Source: Octopus sinensis
Taxonomy: Eukaryota
Direction: 5' to 3'
DNA: 64,000 nt
Assembly: GCF_006345805.1 (NCBI RefSeq)
Contig: NC_043004.1
Span: 76,818,001 to 76,882,000 of the forward strand
The position numbers and the translations under genes are program-made. Below, piece by piece: positions 13,440 to 26,070 of this stretch (the stretch's first letter is position 1; the number at the start of each line of letters is the position of its first letter). The notes below the pieces were generated by a model. The model was given only the letters and a program-made list of their open reading frames with translations. It had not been told where the DNA came from and did no database searches.

Positions 13440-13660
13440 ACCACTCATACAAAGGTTCCTTTTTGTCTTAGATGGTTGAAATTCATTGAGGTAGATTTTT
13501 TTATAGTAAGATACCCTTCTTATTGCCAATTCTCTTCTGCTTCCAAGCATGGTAATACTTTTCCAAGACCAAACATACTTTCATGGAAGACTGGAAACAA
13601 GAGTCTTGTATGATTGTGATGTTCATTTTACAGCCATCACACAATGTCAGGACAAGGAGT
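13440..13660 (-). mobile_element. Body of RTE-tailed SINE (family A2)
   Basis: Reverse-complement similarity to 25815-26030 and 29190-29420. Confidence 0.55.
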
Positions 13661-13924
13661 GATGTTCTTCAAGAGATTCCTCACACTGATGACAATGACA
13701 ATGCATAAATTTAATTATAATTACTAAGATACTAAGATTAAATCTTTTTTCTTACACATTTGCATTGTTTTTCGAAAAGTACATATGCATTGAATTCAGT
13801 TTTGTAATAAATCTATTTCTGATTCAACATTTTTTCTCCATTTTTTTATACTTGTTTATGGTATATTTTTATACATATAACGAAACTCCTCACACACACA
13901 TACATATATATTTAAAATTTTTTT

Positions 13925-14240
13925 TACTTGTTTCAGTCATTTAACTGTGACCATGCTGGAGCACCACCTTAAAGGGTTTTTAATTGGAAAAACTGACCCC
14001 AGGAATTATTCTTTGTAAGCCTGGTACTTATATAGATAGATAGATATAGATATATATCATCATCATCATCATCATTTAACATTCACCTTCCATGACAGGT
14101 TTCTTTCAGTTTCTATCAACCAAAGCTTTGTTAGTGGGTTTGAAGCTATAGTAGGAGACATTTGCCCAAGGTGCCACATGGTAAAGCTGAATTTGAAACC
14201 ATGTGATTGGGAAGCAAACCTCTCAACCTTACAGCCATAC
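13925..14240 (-). mobile_element. SINE family A, internally deleted, with a short RTE tail inserted
   Basis: Head and tail match family A; (CAT)n-TTAACATTCACCTTCCATG at 14057-14095. Confidence 0.7.
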
Positions 14241-14429
14241 CAATACATACATCTTTATGTATGTGTATACATTGATAGGTGGCGAGCAGAAAGAGGTGTA
14301 GTATAGTGTTGAAAAGATATAAAACCCACGATTTTGATCTCATCGTAAATTCATAATTATTGTTACTTCCTTTATGAAACATGCACAGACATATGAATTC
14401 TTTTAATATAGAAATAGATATCGAAGCAA

Positions 14430-14640
14430 TGAGCTGACAGAATCATTGGTAAGCTATGCAAAACACTTAGTAGCATTTTGTCCGTCTTTACATTCTGAGT
14501 TCTAATTCTGCCAAGGTCCTTTTTTGCCTTTTCTTCTTTCAAGGTTGATAACATAAGTACCAGTTAATCATTGGAACTGATGTAACCAACTTACCCCTCC
14601 CCTAAAATTACTGGCCTTGTGCCAAAATCTGAAACCAATA
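14430..14640 (+). mobile_element. SINE family C
   Basis: Collinear with 59965-60170. Confidence 0.8.
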
Positions 14641-14739
14641 TAGAGATAGGTATTAAAAGTTTTCAAAGGCCATATCTAACTTAATAGCACCACCTGATAG
14701 GATTATCTAAATCCCTTTTAAGTCAAGTTTTGTGGTATC

Positions 14740-15090
14740 ATGGTCCATTTTAGTATGGAGTTCTTGTTGAGTGAGTTGTATCCGGGTATAGGTGGCTTAT
14801 CTGGTATTCCTTGAAGAAATTTGTTCTGATTCTGTTTAAAGGTGATGGGATCCTTTTCCTCTTTGATCTGTTTTCAGACAGTTTAAATATGGCAGGGCCT
14901 GTTGAGGAAAAGAAATTGTGTTGCAGTGTATTTATGTGTTGTGATCCTGAATTGGGTAGGGGATGTATGGCCCATGGTCCCAGTCTTGGATGAATTCTGA
15001 AGCTAATGTTGAGGTCGTTTGAGCAATGCTGGCAGTATATTCTCCAGATCGTGCAAATGATGTATCACTCACGGCAGCACTGGAGAGAGT
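14740..15090 (-). mobile_element. Degraded CR1-group LINE ORF2 C-terminus (second family)
   Basis: Manual translation across a stop and frameshift: SLQCCRE*YIICTIWRI...GPAIF...FKQNQNKFLQGIPDKPPIPGY...NSILKW. Confidence 0.7.
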
Positions 15091-16535
15091 TTCAAATACT
15101 TTTGATTGGAGTAAATTTTGAATATAAGAATTATGAATTTTATGAAATAGCTTTCAGTTCCTTCACTCCTGTGATTAAAAGAACATAAAAGAACAAAACT
15201 AAAATTTTCTTGTGTAAAATTAGCAAAGGATTCACTTGTTTTCAATATGTCTCAGAATAATTTTAATAATCAAGGCTTTCATCATCACCATCATCATAAC
15301 CAACATCAGCAGCACCACCTTTACTTTTGCATTCATTTTCTTATACTTGCTTGGGACTACTAGGTCTTCTCAAGTACATGAGGTTCAGCCTACAGAGTTC
15401 AGCTTTTGCCATTCTTTCCCATATACTCCTTAGTTTTCATCTTCCCCAGAATCCTGCCACATGAATTGCTTAGATTCATTTCCTAACCCATTTGTCACTT
15501 CTATGCACATCAAATGCCTACACCAGATCAGTCTTCTCTTTTGCACACTACATTTGGTTCTTTTTATCTCCAGTTTTACTCTCAGCTCATTTGTGCTCCA
15601 CATTCATAATAATAATAATCATCATCATCATCATCAATTAACGTCCATTTTCAATACTGGTATGGGTTGGACAGTTTAACAGAATCCAGTGAGCTGCTGG
15701 GTGGTATTGTGCTTATAGAATATATATAACATTACACATTAAGTGGAACATGCTAACTTAATCTCTTTCCAACTTTTGCACGTCCCTTACATTCAATGTT
15801 AATCTGTGATGCAACAATACATTTTGTACAAAAACCTCATAGAACCTCTCTACCAACCACAACCACCACCATTCAGAAAAAGAATCCCATTGATGCCAGC
15901 AGAAGTGATAGCTCCCTGAACTTTATCCCACTCTGTTCTTAGTCTGCCTACTATACCTTCAGAACAATGCCCACCCCCAACCTCCACTGCCAATTAGGTC
16001 ACCAAGATAACAAAAGCTATCAGCCACTTCTAAAGGGCCTTCAAGTATTTGAAATTATTTATTTTGTGGGTGTTCTCAATATCAACTACTCCTACTAATA
16101 TGATCAAATTTGATATGCTTCAAAAAAATTAAAATATTTTTCTCAGACAAACCTAACAAAAATGTGCATTTAAAATTACTTTCACAAACTTTTTTTATTC
16201 TTTAAGGGTCTAACATTAAGAAAACAATAAAACCTTCTTGGAACTTTCTGATGAGCTTTCATTATTCAACAGTTAATTTACAATATTTGAGTTTTAGATT
16301 CTTAACACACTGAAAATAAATTAAATCCAAACTAAAGTAGATTTATTTACTTATAAAATTTTCAAATGACTGTGTGGTTAAAAAGTTTGTTTTGTAACCA
16401 CATGGTTGCAGGTTCAGTTCTACTGCATGGCACTGTTTTGGCAAGTTTCAACTACTTTAGCCCTAGGCCAGTCAATGTCTTGTGTAGATGGGTGGATGGA
16501 TGGATGGATGGATTGATTTATGTATATGAGGGATT

Positions 16536-16750
16536 GTGACCTTAGTGGTTAGGGTGTTGCAATTATGATTGTGAGATCATGGTCCCAGTTTCAGGACTGG
16601 GTAATGCCCTGCAATCACTTGAACGCTACCTATACAGGCAATGTTGATTTGATGGAGTGAGTGAGATCATGTATAGCACAAGCATTTGATCACTATAAAT
16701 GAATCATCTGTGTGGGTTGTTCAACATGAAATTGTGGAATTGTCTTTCTT
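16536..16750 (+). mobile_element. Probable decayed tRNA-derived SINE (other family)
   Basis: A-box-like TAGTGGTTAGGG start; remainder unclassified. Confidence 0.35.
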
Positions 16751-16849
16751 GGACACAAGAGACTACCAAGGAGATATAAGTAGGTGTGTGTGTGTGTGCA
16801 TGTGTGTGTGTGCATGTGTGTGTGTGCATGTGTGTGTGCATGAGAGAGA

Positions 16850-17055
16850 GTGTTTGTGTTTGTTCCCCCACCACTTGTGAACTAGAGTTGATTTATGTAC
16901 TGCCATGTAACTTAGTGGTTCAGTAAAAGAGACTGATAGAATAAGTACCACACTTAAGAATAAGCCCTGGGGTAAATTTGTTTGATTAAGACCCTTCAAG
17001 GTGGTGACCCATCATGGCCACAGTCAAATGACTGAAACAAGTAAAGAGTAAAAGA
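16850..17055 (+). mobile_element. SINE family A 3' half
   Basis: Matches 17950-18150. Confidence 0.8.
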
Positions 17056-17719
17056 TATTAATTACACCTCACTCTACATTCACCTTTATTGTTTACAAAA
17101 TTATTGAACAAATTTTCTCAAAGAATTTCATTTGATTTGGGTGTCTTTCACTTCTAAATGTTAGTCATTTAAGTGGATGCCACTATTTATTATTTCAAAA
17201 TGGAAATCTCAGTTTTGACTGAATAAGTAACTAAATTAGGCAATCATAGCCAACCTTCAAATTGTAGGCTGATCATAAATTTCTTTTGAAGGAGATATTG
17301 AAGTATATACAGTAATTCAAAATTCAATTTCAGGACAAAACTTCTGAGACAGAACATCGCAATGATAATAACTAGCAGTAACAGTCGGGGTTTTTTTTGC
17401 ATAATAACCAATATCTGTTTAGCTTTGCATCAACTTAATAAAAGATTTCTGTATATTCATCCACCGTCTATCGCAGCAGGGTTGGTTTATTCTATTCAGC
17501 ATGAACATCAAAGGATTATATTATTTTTCAAATAACCAAATTAGATCAGTTCTAATTCTTATTAGTTTCTATATATTCATTTTGTGATAGCTTAATGCAT
17601 TTGCCTTTTAAAACATATACAAAGTTTCTATTTCTTAGCATTCCTCCGTTTCCACTACAATGTCACAATAATATTGTCATCTACAACAAACACAATACTT
17701 TTCCTGCAATAATGTAAAC

Positions 17720-17885
17720 AGGCGCAGGAGTGGCTGTGTGGTAAGTAGCTTGCTAACCAACCACATGGTTCCGGGTTCAGTCCCACTGCGTGGCATCTTG
17801 GGCAAGTGTCTTCTGCTATAGCCCCGGGCCGACCAATGCCTTGTGAGTGGATTTGGTAGACGGAAACTGAAAGAAGCCTGTCGTA

Positions 17886-17944
<59 letters not shown>

Positions 17945-18150
17945 ATGTCTGTGTTTGTCCCCCTAGCATTGCTTGACAACCGATGCTGGTGTGTTTAAGT
18001 CCCCCGTCACTTAGCGGTTCGGCAAAAGAGACTGAAAGAATAAGTACTGGGCTTACAAAGAATAAGTCCCGGGGTCGATTTGCTCGACTAAAGGCGGTGC
18101 TCCAGCATGGCCGCAGTCAAATGACTGAAACAAGTAAAAGAATAAAAGAA
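17720..18150 (+). mobile_element. SINE family A, full-length young copy (tRNA head, CORE-like segment, internal (TA)n(TG)n, 3' domain)
   Basis: A-box-like TGGCTGTGTGG, B-box-like GGTTCAGTCCC, CTTGGGCAAGTG resembling the CORE domain; many copies in the window. Confidence 0.9.
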
Positions 18151-19358
18151 AAATGCTACAATTTTGATACTTTTTGAGAAATTAAATTTTAGGGACATTT
18201 ACCTGAGATACTGAATTATGAATATATTTAAAAAGATTAACAGTTGGTGTCTGAAATTCAAATCTTTATCAAAATAAAATATCTAGTTAAATAGTCTGAG
18301 TCTTATAGTACAAACACTAGATTATATGTAATCTGTTGCTATCAGAAATATAATAGGCAAACAGATATTCACTTGACAAACTCCTGTGTATAATCAGCCC
18401 ACAACATAAATAGGACAATAAAAGCAAAGTGGTTTCCTGTAATCAAACAGCTTCTTACTAGATTTCATTTACACAATGTTTGAAGTTGAAGATGAGCAAA
18501 GAATATTAAGATACTGAAAACATAGTCAAAAGTCATGCGCCATGAGTCATACAAAGAAAAAAAAATCAGAAAAAAAAATCACAGTAGCCTTATCAACCAC
18601 AAAATTGCCATTAAATGATAAAAGGTTTTAACATAACTAATTGACAGTTAACCTCATTATTAGTAGTAGCATCATTGTTATGAATGAGGGACAAATTGTT
18701 TTTAAAACTTTTGTAAATTTAAGTCAATGAGTGGATTTACTTCAGTTTAATAATTAAAAAAAAAGAATAAAAATAACGATACATTTATCAGGTAAAATTT
18801 GTGACAGAAATAGCCTTTGAAAATATTTTGTCCTGCTTTTCTTATTTTGTTTATTAAAGAGTCGAGCATATTTGTAGCTTATATATTTGACATAACACAT
18901 AACAGTAAAATTAAGAATTAGAAAATATCACACTGGAGATTGAAATTTATGTCGTGCTCTCAAGAAATACTCTATCACATATTTTTGTGTTACTGTTTCA
19001 TAGAGTAACCTCTTTAGAACTGCACAAATTTCTCTGCTGCCCTGGCTTGAAGCAGTTGACCTAATTTGTTCAAGTACAAAAGCTTCTGCATTTGCAAAAT
19101 GACATTAAATGTAAATAGGTTGTTTTTTGGTTGTTATATTTGTCAAAAGCCAAATCTACGATACTATTGTCCAGAAACCACATCAGTTAATTAAATCTAT
19201 GTCTCTTTGATCATATAAACATTGATTTAATGGGTCCACTATCAAGTAATAAACATTTGTTGACTGACATTAATAAATATTCACGCTTTCCTTTTGCTTT
19301 TCCTCGTTGTTACATTTCTTCATAAACTGCCATTTCTTCTTTGGCTACATCATTTTCT

Positions 19359-19719
19359 GTGGAGGCACAATGGCCCAGGGTGGTTAGGGCAGTGGACTCA
19401 CGGTCATAGGATCGTGGTTTTGATTCCCAGACCGGGTGTTGTGAGTGTTTTTTGAGCGAAAACACCTAAACACCTAAAGCTCCATGAAGCTCTTTCACCA
19501 CAACTTTCTCTCACTCTTTCTTCCCGTTTCTGTTGTACCTGTATTCCAAAGGGCCAGCCTTATCATGCCCTGTGTCATGCTGAATCTCCCTGAGAACTAT
19601 GTTAAGGGTACACGCATCTGTGGAATGCTCAGCCACTTGCACGTTAATTTCATGAGCAGGCTGTTCCATTGATCAGATCAACTGGAACCCTCGTCGTCAT
19701 AACCGATGGAGTGCCATGC
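19359..19719 (+). mobile_element. tRNA-derived SINE family D with 12-bp TSD
   Basis: TSD ACATCATTTTCT at 19347-19358 and 19720-19731; tRNA-like head; second copy at 24993-25361. Confidence 0.85.
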
Positions 19720-20064
19720 ACATCATTTTCTATTTTCAGTTATGTCCACTCAGACTGAAAACTCACCTTCATGTCTTCCAAACTGAAGTCTTTCTTGCAT
19801 GACAGAAGTGCCCTGGCAAGCCTCTCAATCCAATACTACCCTACCTGAAATGAATATTATGTTGGTGTCACCTGGAAAACCATGACATTTACTCTAAAAC
19901 CTAAAATTCCATCCATGGAAATCTATTCTACCTGAAATCTTATATTTAATATGATCTTTATTGTGTACATCCCGGAAACTCACAGACATTTCATCTCATC
20001 TTGAAAAACAGCTTCAGGAATGAGAATGATAACCTGGCAAGCCTTCATTCTTATGAAGAGGTAT

Positions 20065-20280
20065 TCTTTTACTCTTTTGTTCTTTTACTTGCTTCAGTCA
20101 TTGACTGAGCACCACCTTAAGGAGTTTTAGTCAAACAAATCAACCCCAGGACTTATTCTTTGTAAGTTTTGTACTTATTGTACCAGTCAATTTTGCCAAA
20201 CTGCCAAGTTATGAGGACATAAACACACCAACATTGTTTGTCAATTGATGGTGGAAGGACAAGCACAGACACAAATAAAG

Positions 20281-20321
<41 letters not shown>

Positions 20322-20725
20322 TATATACACAATGAGCTTCTTTCAGTTTCCATCTACCAAATCCACTCATAAGGCTTTGGTCAGCCAGAAGCTATAGCAG
20401 AAGATACACTTGCCCAAGGTACCACACAGTGGGACTGAACCCAGAACCATGCAGTTGTGAAGCAAGCTTCTTATTTCTTTATTGCCCACAAGGGGCTAAA
20501 CATAGAGGGGACAGACAAGGACAGACAAAGGGATTAAGTCGATTACATAGACCCCAGTGTGTAACTGGTACTTAATTTATCAACCCCGAAAGAATGAAAG
20601 GCAAAGTCGACCTTGGCGAAATTTGAACACAGAACATAAAGACAGATGAAATACCGCTAAGCATTTCACCCACCATGCTAATGTTTCTGCCAGCTCGCCG
20701 CCTTACTACACAGCCATGCCTGTGC
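20065..20725 (-). mobile_element. SINE family A with a family C SINE (20473-20703, -) inserted in its head
   Basis: Family A head resumes after the family C copy. Confidence 0.8.
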
Positions 20726-21039
20726 CAATCATTAGGTATATTTATAATAGTGATGTCACTTAATCCAAGAAGATGAACTATTGGAAACAAACCGCCAGTA
20801 TGTTCCTGTTTGTTTTCCCAGTCATTCACAAGATACCATAGTAATTTAAGACTGGGTCCCATCAAGAGACACTCCAGATAAGGCTCAAGTTAGCTCTGAT
20901 GTGAGAACTCAACTAAAAGTAATGATATAATGGAGGATCACTTTGACTAACACCTGATGAAATACTTTCACAGCAATCTTATCAAATACTACAACCAATG
21001 AACTGTCTGCATTGTGCTGCATTGTTCTGCGCATATAAG

Positions 21040-21501
21040 TGCAGGTGTAGCTGTGTGGTAAGAAGCTTGCTTCCCAACCAAATGTCTCAGCACTCAGTCC
21101 TACAGCATAGCACCTTGGGCAAGGGTCTTCCACTATGGCCTTGTGTCAACCAAAGCCTTGTGAGTGGATTTGGCACATAGAAACTGAAAGAAGCCCATCA
21201 TATATATATATAGGATTCTTTCAGTTTCTTTCAGTTGAATGGATTTAGTAGACAGAAACTGAAGGAAATCCATCATATATAAATATATTTGTGTGTGTCT
21301 TGATGTTTGTCTCCCATCACCACTTGACAACCAAGGTTGGTTTGTTTATGTCCCTGTAACTTAGCAGTTCAGCAAAAGACACCAATAGAATAAGTACCAG
21401 GTTTCAATATAAAAAAGTACTGGTGTGGATTCATTCAACTAAAAATTCTTCAAGGTGGTGCTCCATAATGGCCACAGTCTAATGACTGAAACTAGTAAAA
21501 A
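21040..21501 (+). mobile_element. SINE family A
   Basis: Collinear with 17720-18150, with a small internal duplication. Confidence 0.8.
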
Positions 21502-21733
21502 AGGCGGTATGCTGGCAGAAACGTTAGCATGCCAGGCGAAATGCTTAGCGGTATTTCGTCTGTCGTTATGTTCTGAGTTCAAATTCCACCGAGGTCGACT
21601 TTGCCTTTCATCCTTTCGGGGTCGATAAATAAAGTACCAGTTATGCACTGGGGTCAATGTAATCGATTTAATCCCTCTGTCTGTCCTTGTTTGTCCCCTC
21701 TATGTTTAGTCCCTCGTGGGCAATAAAGAAATA
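21502..21733 (+). mobile_element. SINE family C, full length, 15-bp TSD
   Basis: TSD TGAAACTAGTAAAAA at 21487-21501 and 21734-21748. Confidence 0.9.
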
Positions 21734-21869
21734 TGAAACTAGTAAAAACTGAAAACAAAAAAAGAAGAAAAAATATCAAAAGATAGGATTAAACTCTAAT
21801 ATATTGTTGCGCATGATCATAAAAATTTTGAAATTTTGAGATATTCTAAAAATATCATATATATGTATA

Positions 21870-21935
<66 letters not shown>

Positions 21936-21948
21936 ATATATATGTGTG

Positions 21949-21980
<32 letters not shown>

Positions 21981-22564
21981 ATGTATGTATCTATATGTAT
22001 ATAGCTTTACATTTTTGGAGGGCAAGAATAAAATAATTTCATGTGAATATGGCTAAATTTCTGCAAGATTCGGCAATTACAACCAATTACCATTGCTGCA
22101 ATAATTACTCTTGTAAACTACTATTTCAATAGTTCTGCTGGGTGTCAGAGGAACTTTTAGTAAATTAAAGCTTGATTTATATTGACTTTCATCTTAGCTT
22201 TGCATATTTCATCAAGGAATCGTTTACTTTGTAATTTAATCTGTCAATTATCATGCAAGAATTGTACTAATATCTTTACACCTAAATATCTAAATGTACT
22301 CAGTACACCGATGTTAATTAGAGACAATGTAACCATACAATTTTTTTATCTTGTCATTGCTGGTGATTTAGCCATAAACCAATTAAGTAGGAAAGCAGCA
22401 ATATTGGTTTACAATGACAGGTTCAATTCTACTGCATGGCATCTTCGGCAAGTGCCTTCTAGTATGCCCAAAGCTGACCAATGCCTAGCGAGTGCATTTG
22501 GTAAGCAGAAACTGAAAGAAGCCCATCATGTGTGTGTGTGTGTGTGTGAATATGTACATTTTCT

Positions 22565-22960
22565 TTTATTCTTTTACTTGTTTCAGTCATTTGACTGCAG
22601 CCATACTGGAGCACTGCCTTGAAGGATTTTAGTTGAATGAATCGCCCCTAAGACTTAATTTTTAAAGCCTAGTACTTATTGTATCAGTCTCTTTTGCTGA
22701 ACTGCCTAGTTATGGGGATATAAAGACACCAACGTTAGTTGTCAAGCAGTGGTGGTGGGGAACAAACAGACACATACTTATACCTATATATATATATATA
22801 CACACGTACGATGGGCTTCTTTCAGTTTCAGTCAAATCCACTCACAAGGCTTTGGTCAGCCCAAGGCTATAGTAGAAGACACTTGTCCAGAGTAACACAC
22901 AGTGGGACTGAACCTGAAGCCATGTGGTTGGAAAGCAAGCTTCTTATCACATACACAGGC
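22565..22960 (-). mobile_element. SINE family A
   Basis: Reverse complement of 17720-18150. Confidence 0.8.
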
Positions 22961-23199
22961 ATATATATCTTAAAAGAAGAAAAGAAAATGGAGATAAGGA
23001 AGTTAACAATTATTTATTATTAACAAATTGGTCATCTTTACTTCCTACAGCCGTTTCAATTAATACTCAATAATTTAATTGCAAATTTGTACATTAAATT
23101 TGCATTTATGTGACATGAGCATAATCTCATCAGCGAAAAAAAGATGTACCTTTGGATGTTATATGCAGACATGTCAATCCATTTCAGCAGGCTAAACAT

Positions 23200-23209
23200 A
23201 TATGTATAC

Positions 23210-23241
<32 letters not shown>

Positions 23242-23272
23242 TCAATACATATACATTTAACATCCTTCTCTG

Positions 23273-23327
<55 letters not shown>

Positions 23328-23448
23328 GTGAGGGTGAAAAAAAGGACATTAAATAATGATGATGATGATGATGATGATGATGATGGTGATAAAATGGAGG
23401 AGAATGAAGATATATATGTATGTGTATATATGTTTGTGTGTATGTGTG

Positions 23449-23479
<31 letters not shown>

Positions 23480-23497
23480 ATGTGTGTGTGTGTGTGA
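23200..23497. repeat. Compound (CA)/(TA)/(TG)/(GAT) microsatellite cluster
   Basis: Directly visible. Confidence 0.9.
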
Positions 23498-23734
23498 AAA
23501 TGAGTAGATATGGCTATTTTTGGATAATTTTTATTTGAATAAAAGACATTATTTCTAAAATAGAAATTATCCCTGCAAAAAGCCATTTCTACTCTCTTTT
23601 TCAAATATATAATACTGTGCCAAGAACTTTCTTTTTGTTATTCTACAATATATATATACATACGTACAGTCCAATATATGCCAGCATGGAAAGCAAAGCG
23701 CATGTTAAACAACAATGAGGATGATGATGATGAC

Positions 23735-24693
23735 ATCATCATCATCATCATCATCATTTAGCGTCCGTTCTCCATGCTAGCATGGGTTGGACGGTTCAAC
23801 TGGGGTCTGTGAAGCTGGAAGGCTTCATCAGGCCCAGTCAGATCTGGCAGTGTTTCTACGGCTGGATGCCCTTCCTAACGCCAACCACTCCGTGAGTGTA
23901 GTGGGTGCTTTTTATGTGCCACCTGCACAGGTGCCAGACAGAGCTGGCAAACGGCCACGAACGCGGCACGGGGCCAGGCGAGGCTGGCAACGGACACGAA
24001 CGGATGGTGCTTTTACGTGCCACCAACACGGGGGCCAGACAGAACTGGCAAACGGCCACGAAACGGATGGTGCTTTTACGTGTCACCGGCACGGGCGCCA
24101 GGCGAGGCTGGCAACGGACACGAACGGATGGTGCTTTTACATGCCACCGACACGGGGGCCAGACAGGGCTGACAAACGGCCACGAACGGATGGTGCTTTT
24201 ACATGTCACCGACATGAGGCCCAGACAGGGCTGGCAAACGGCCACGAACGGATGGTGCTTTTACGTGTCACCGGCACGGGGGCCAGACGAGGCTGGCAAA
24301 CGGCCACGAATGGATGGTGCTTTTACGTGTCACCGGCACGGGGGCCAGACAGAGCTGGCAAATGGCCACAAACGGATGGTGCTTTTACATGTCACCGGCA
24401 CGGGGGCCAGGCCAGGCTGGCAACGAACACAAACGGATGGTGCTTTTACATGCCACCGACACGGGGGCCAGACAGGGCTGGCAAACGGCTACGAACGGAT
24501 GGTGCTTTTACGTGTCACCTGCACGGGGGCCCTGATGTTGATCGACCTCAATTTGGTTTGATTTTGATTTTGACTGTTCTCACTGGTCTTGCCGGGTTTT
24601 CTCACGCACAGCATACTTCCAAAGGTCTCGGTCACTGGTCATTTCCTTGGTGAGACCTAAAGTTCGAAGGTCGTGCTTCACCGCCTCGACCCA
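23735..24693 (-). mobile_element. 5'-truncated RTE LINE with expanded 3' UTR tandem array
   Basis: ORF end WVEAVKHDLRTLGLTKEMTSDRDLWKYAVREKTRQDQ* (24580-24693) is homologous to 5159-5272. Confidence 0.9.
23900..24530. repeat. GC-rich minisatellite, 61-63 bp period, about 10-11 units
   Basis: GGTGCTTTT core recurs at ~23904, 24006, 24069, 24130, 24192, 24254, 24316, 24378, 24439, 24501. Confidence 0.95.
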
Positions 24694-24992
24694 TATATAT
24701 ATATATAAATATATTTTTTTCCCCAGATTTGTGTAAATGTATATAGAATAATATATCAGTTGAATAAGGTTCAACTGATATGTATATATATATGTGTGTA
24801 TAACTATGCATGTTTGTCCTTGAGTTTATCCTGACCACTGCTTCACAACTGCTGTTGGCTTATTTATGATAGACAAATAGAATGGGTCCCAGGCCTTAAA
24901 AGGATAAATATTGGAGCTGATTTATTCAACTAAAATCCATCAAGGCAAGTGCCGCAACATCATGGCCATTTTCTACTTTTTACTAAACAAGT

Positions 24993-25361
24993 CGAGTCAT
25001 GGCATTCCGTTGGTTACGACGACGAGGGTTCCAGTTGATCCGATCAATGAAACAGTCTGCTCGTGAAATTAACATGCAAGTGGCTGAGCACTCCACAGAC
25101 ACCTGTGCCCTTAACGTAGTTCTCAGGGAGATTCAGCATGACACAGTGTGTGACAAGGCTGGCCCTTTGAAATACAGGTACAACAGAAACAAGAGGAAAG
25201 AGTGAGAGAAAGTTGTGGTGAAAGTGTACAGGAGGGTCCACTACCATCCACTGCTGGAGCCTCGTGGAGATTTAGGTTTTTTCGCTTAATAAACACTCAC
25301 AACACCCGGTCAGGGAATCGAAACTGCAATCCTATGACCATGAGTCCACTGCCCTAACCAC
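24993..25361 (-). mobile_element. SINE family D with 11-bp TSD, inserted in a family A tail
   Basis: TSD ACTAAACAAGT at 24982-24992 and 25362-25372. Confidence 0.85.
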
Positions 25362-25654
25362 ACTAAACAAGTAAAAGACATAAGAATAATGACATAACAC
25401 AAAAAATAAGAAATGGAGGCAGAGGAGTGTAATACTTACACAAACTTCATGTTGGACTTCAACCAATGAAGAAAGAGTATTTTAAAACTAAAATTGGTCT
25501 ACAAAGAAAAGGTAGTGCTGATGTCTTATATGATAAATACACAACAAATCTATATGCACAGGTACTTGTGCTGGGCACGGCTTTTAAAAGTAAACACACG
25601 TTTTAAAGCAAGCTGTTGTCTTGCTGTTATATTGTTTAGCCTTGTTATTTACAC

Positions 25655-25744
25655 ACAAGGCTTGTGAGAGGATTTTGGAACACAGAAACTGAAAGAAGCT
25701 TGTCGTATACATGCACACACACACACACGTGTGTGCATGTATAC

Positions 25745-25801
<57 letters not shown>

Positions 25802-26070
25802 GGGAGAGAGTATATGTTTGTATCTCTGTCTTGACATTGCTTGACCATTGTAAATGAGCACCATTCATTTCCAATATCCTACAAAAATATGTTTGGCCAT
25901 GGGGAAATATTACTCTGCTTGGAAACAGGTAATAGTCAGCAAGAGACAGGGCATCTGGCTGTAGAAAATTTGCCTAAATAAACTCCGTCCAACCCATGCA
26001 AGCAGAGAAAAGTGACTATCAACATGATGACTATGATGACGATGACTATGACAACAACAATGATGATGGG
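25655..26070 (+). mobile_element. SINE family A2 (family A head segment, microsatellite, distinct body, RTE-like tail)
   Basis: Head matches 17835-17885; tail GGGCATCTGGCTGTAGAAA...CCCATGCAAGC...(GAT)n matches the RTE 3' end. Confidence 0.65.

Noticed and set aside
17720-17795. Functional tRNA gene
   Set aside because: It is the head of a multi-copy SINE and lacks a complete cloverleaf
23900-24530. CRISPR-like regular array
   Set aside because: The apparent spacers are homologous to each other, there are no cas genes, and the array sits in a eukaryotic RTE 3' UTR; it is a minisatellite
23787-24653. 288-aa and 218-aa ORFs
   Set aside because: Read-through of a GC-rich tandem repeat, antisense to the RTE element
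25440-25498. Possible 59-nt minus-strand exon (CTTTTCTTTGTAG acceptor, GTAAGT donor)
   Set aside because: Splice signals are good, but there is no recognisable peptide or partner exon; expected by chance in 64 kb and needs RNA-seq
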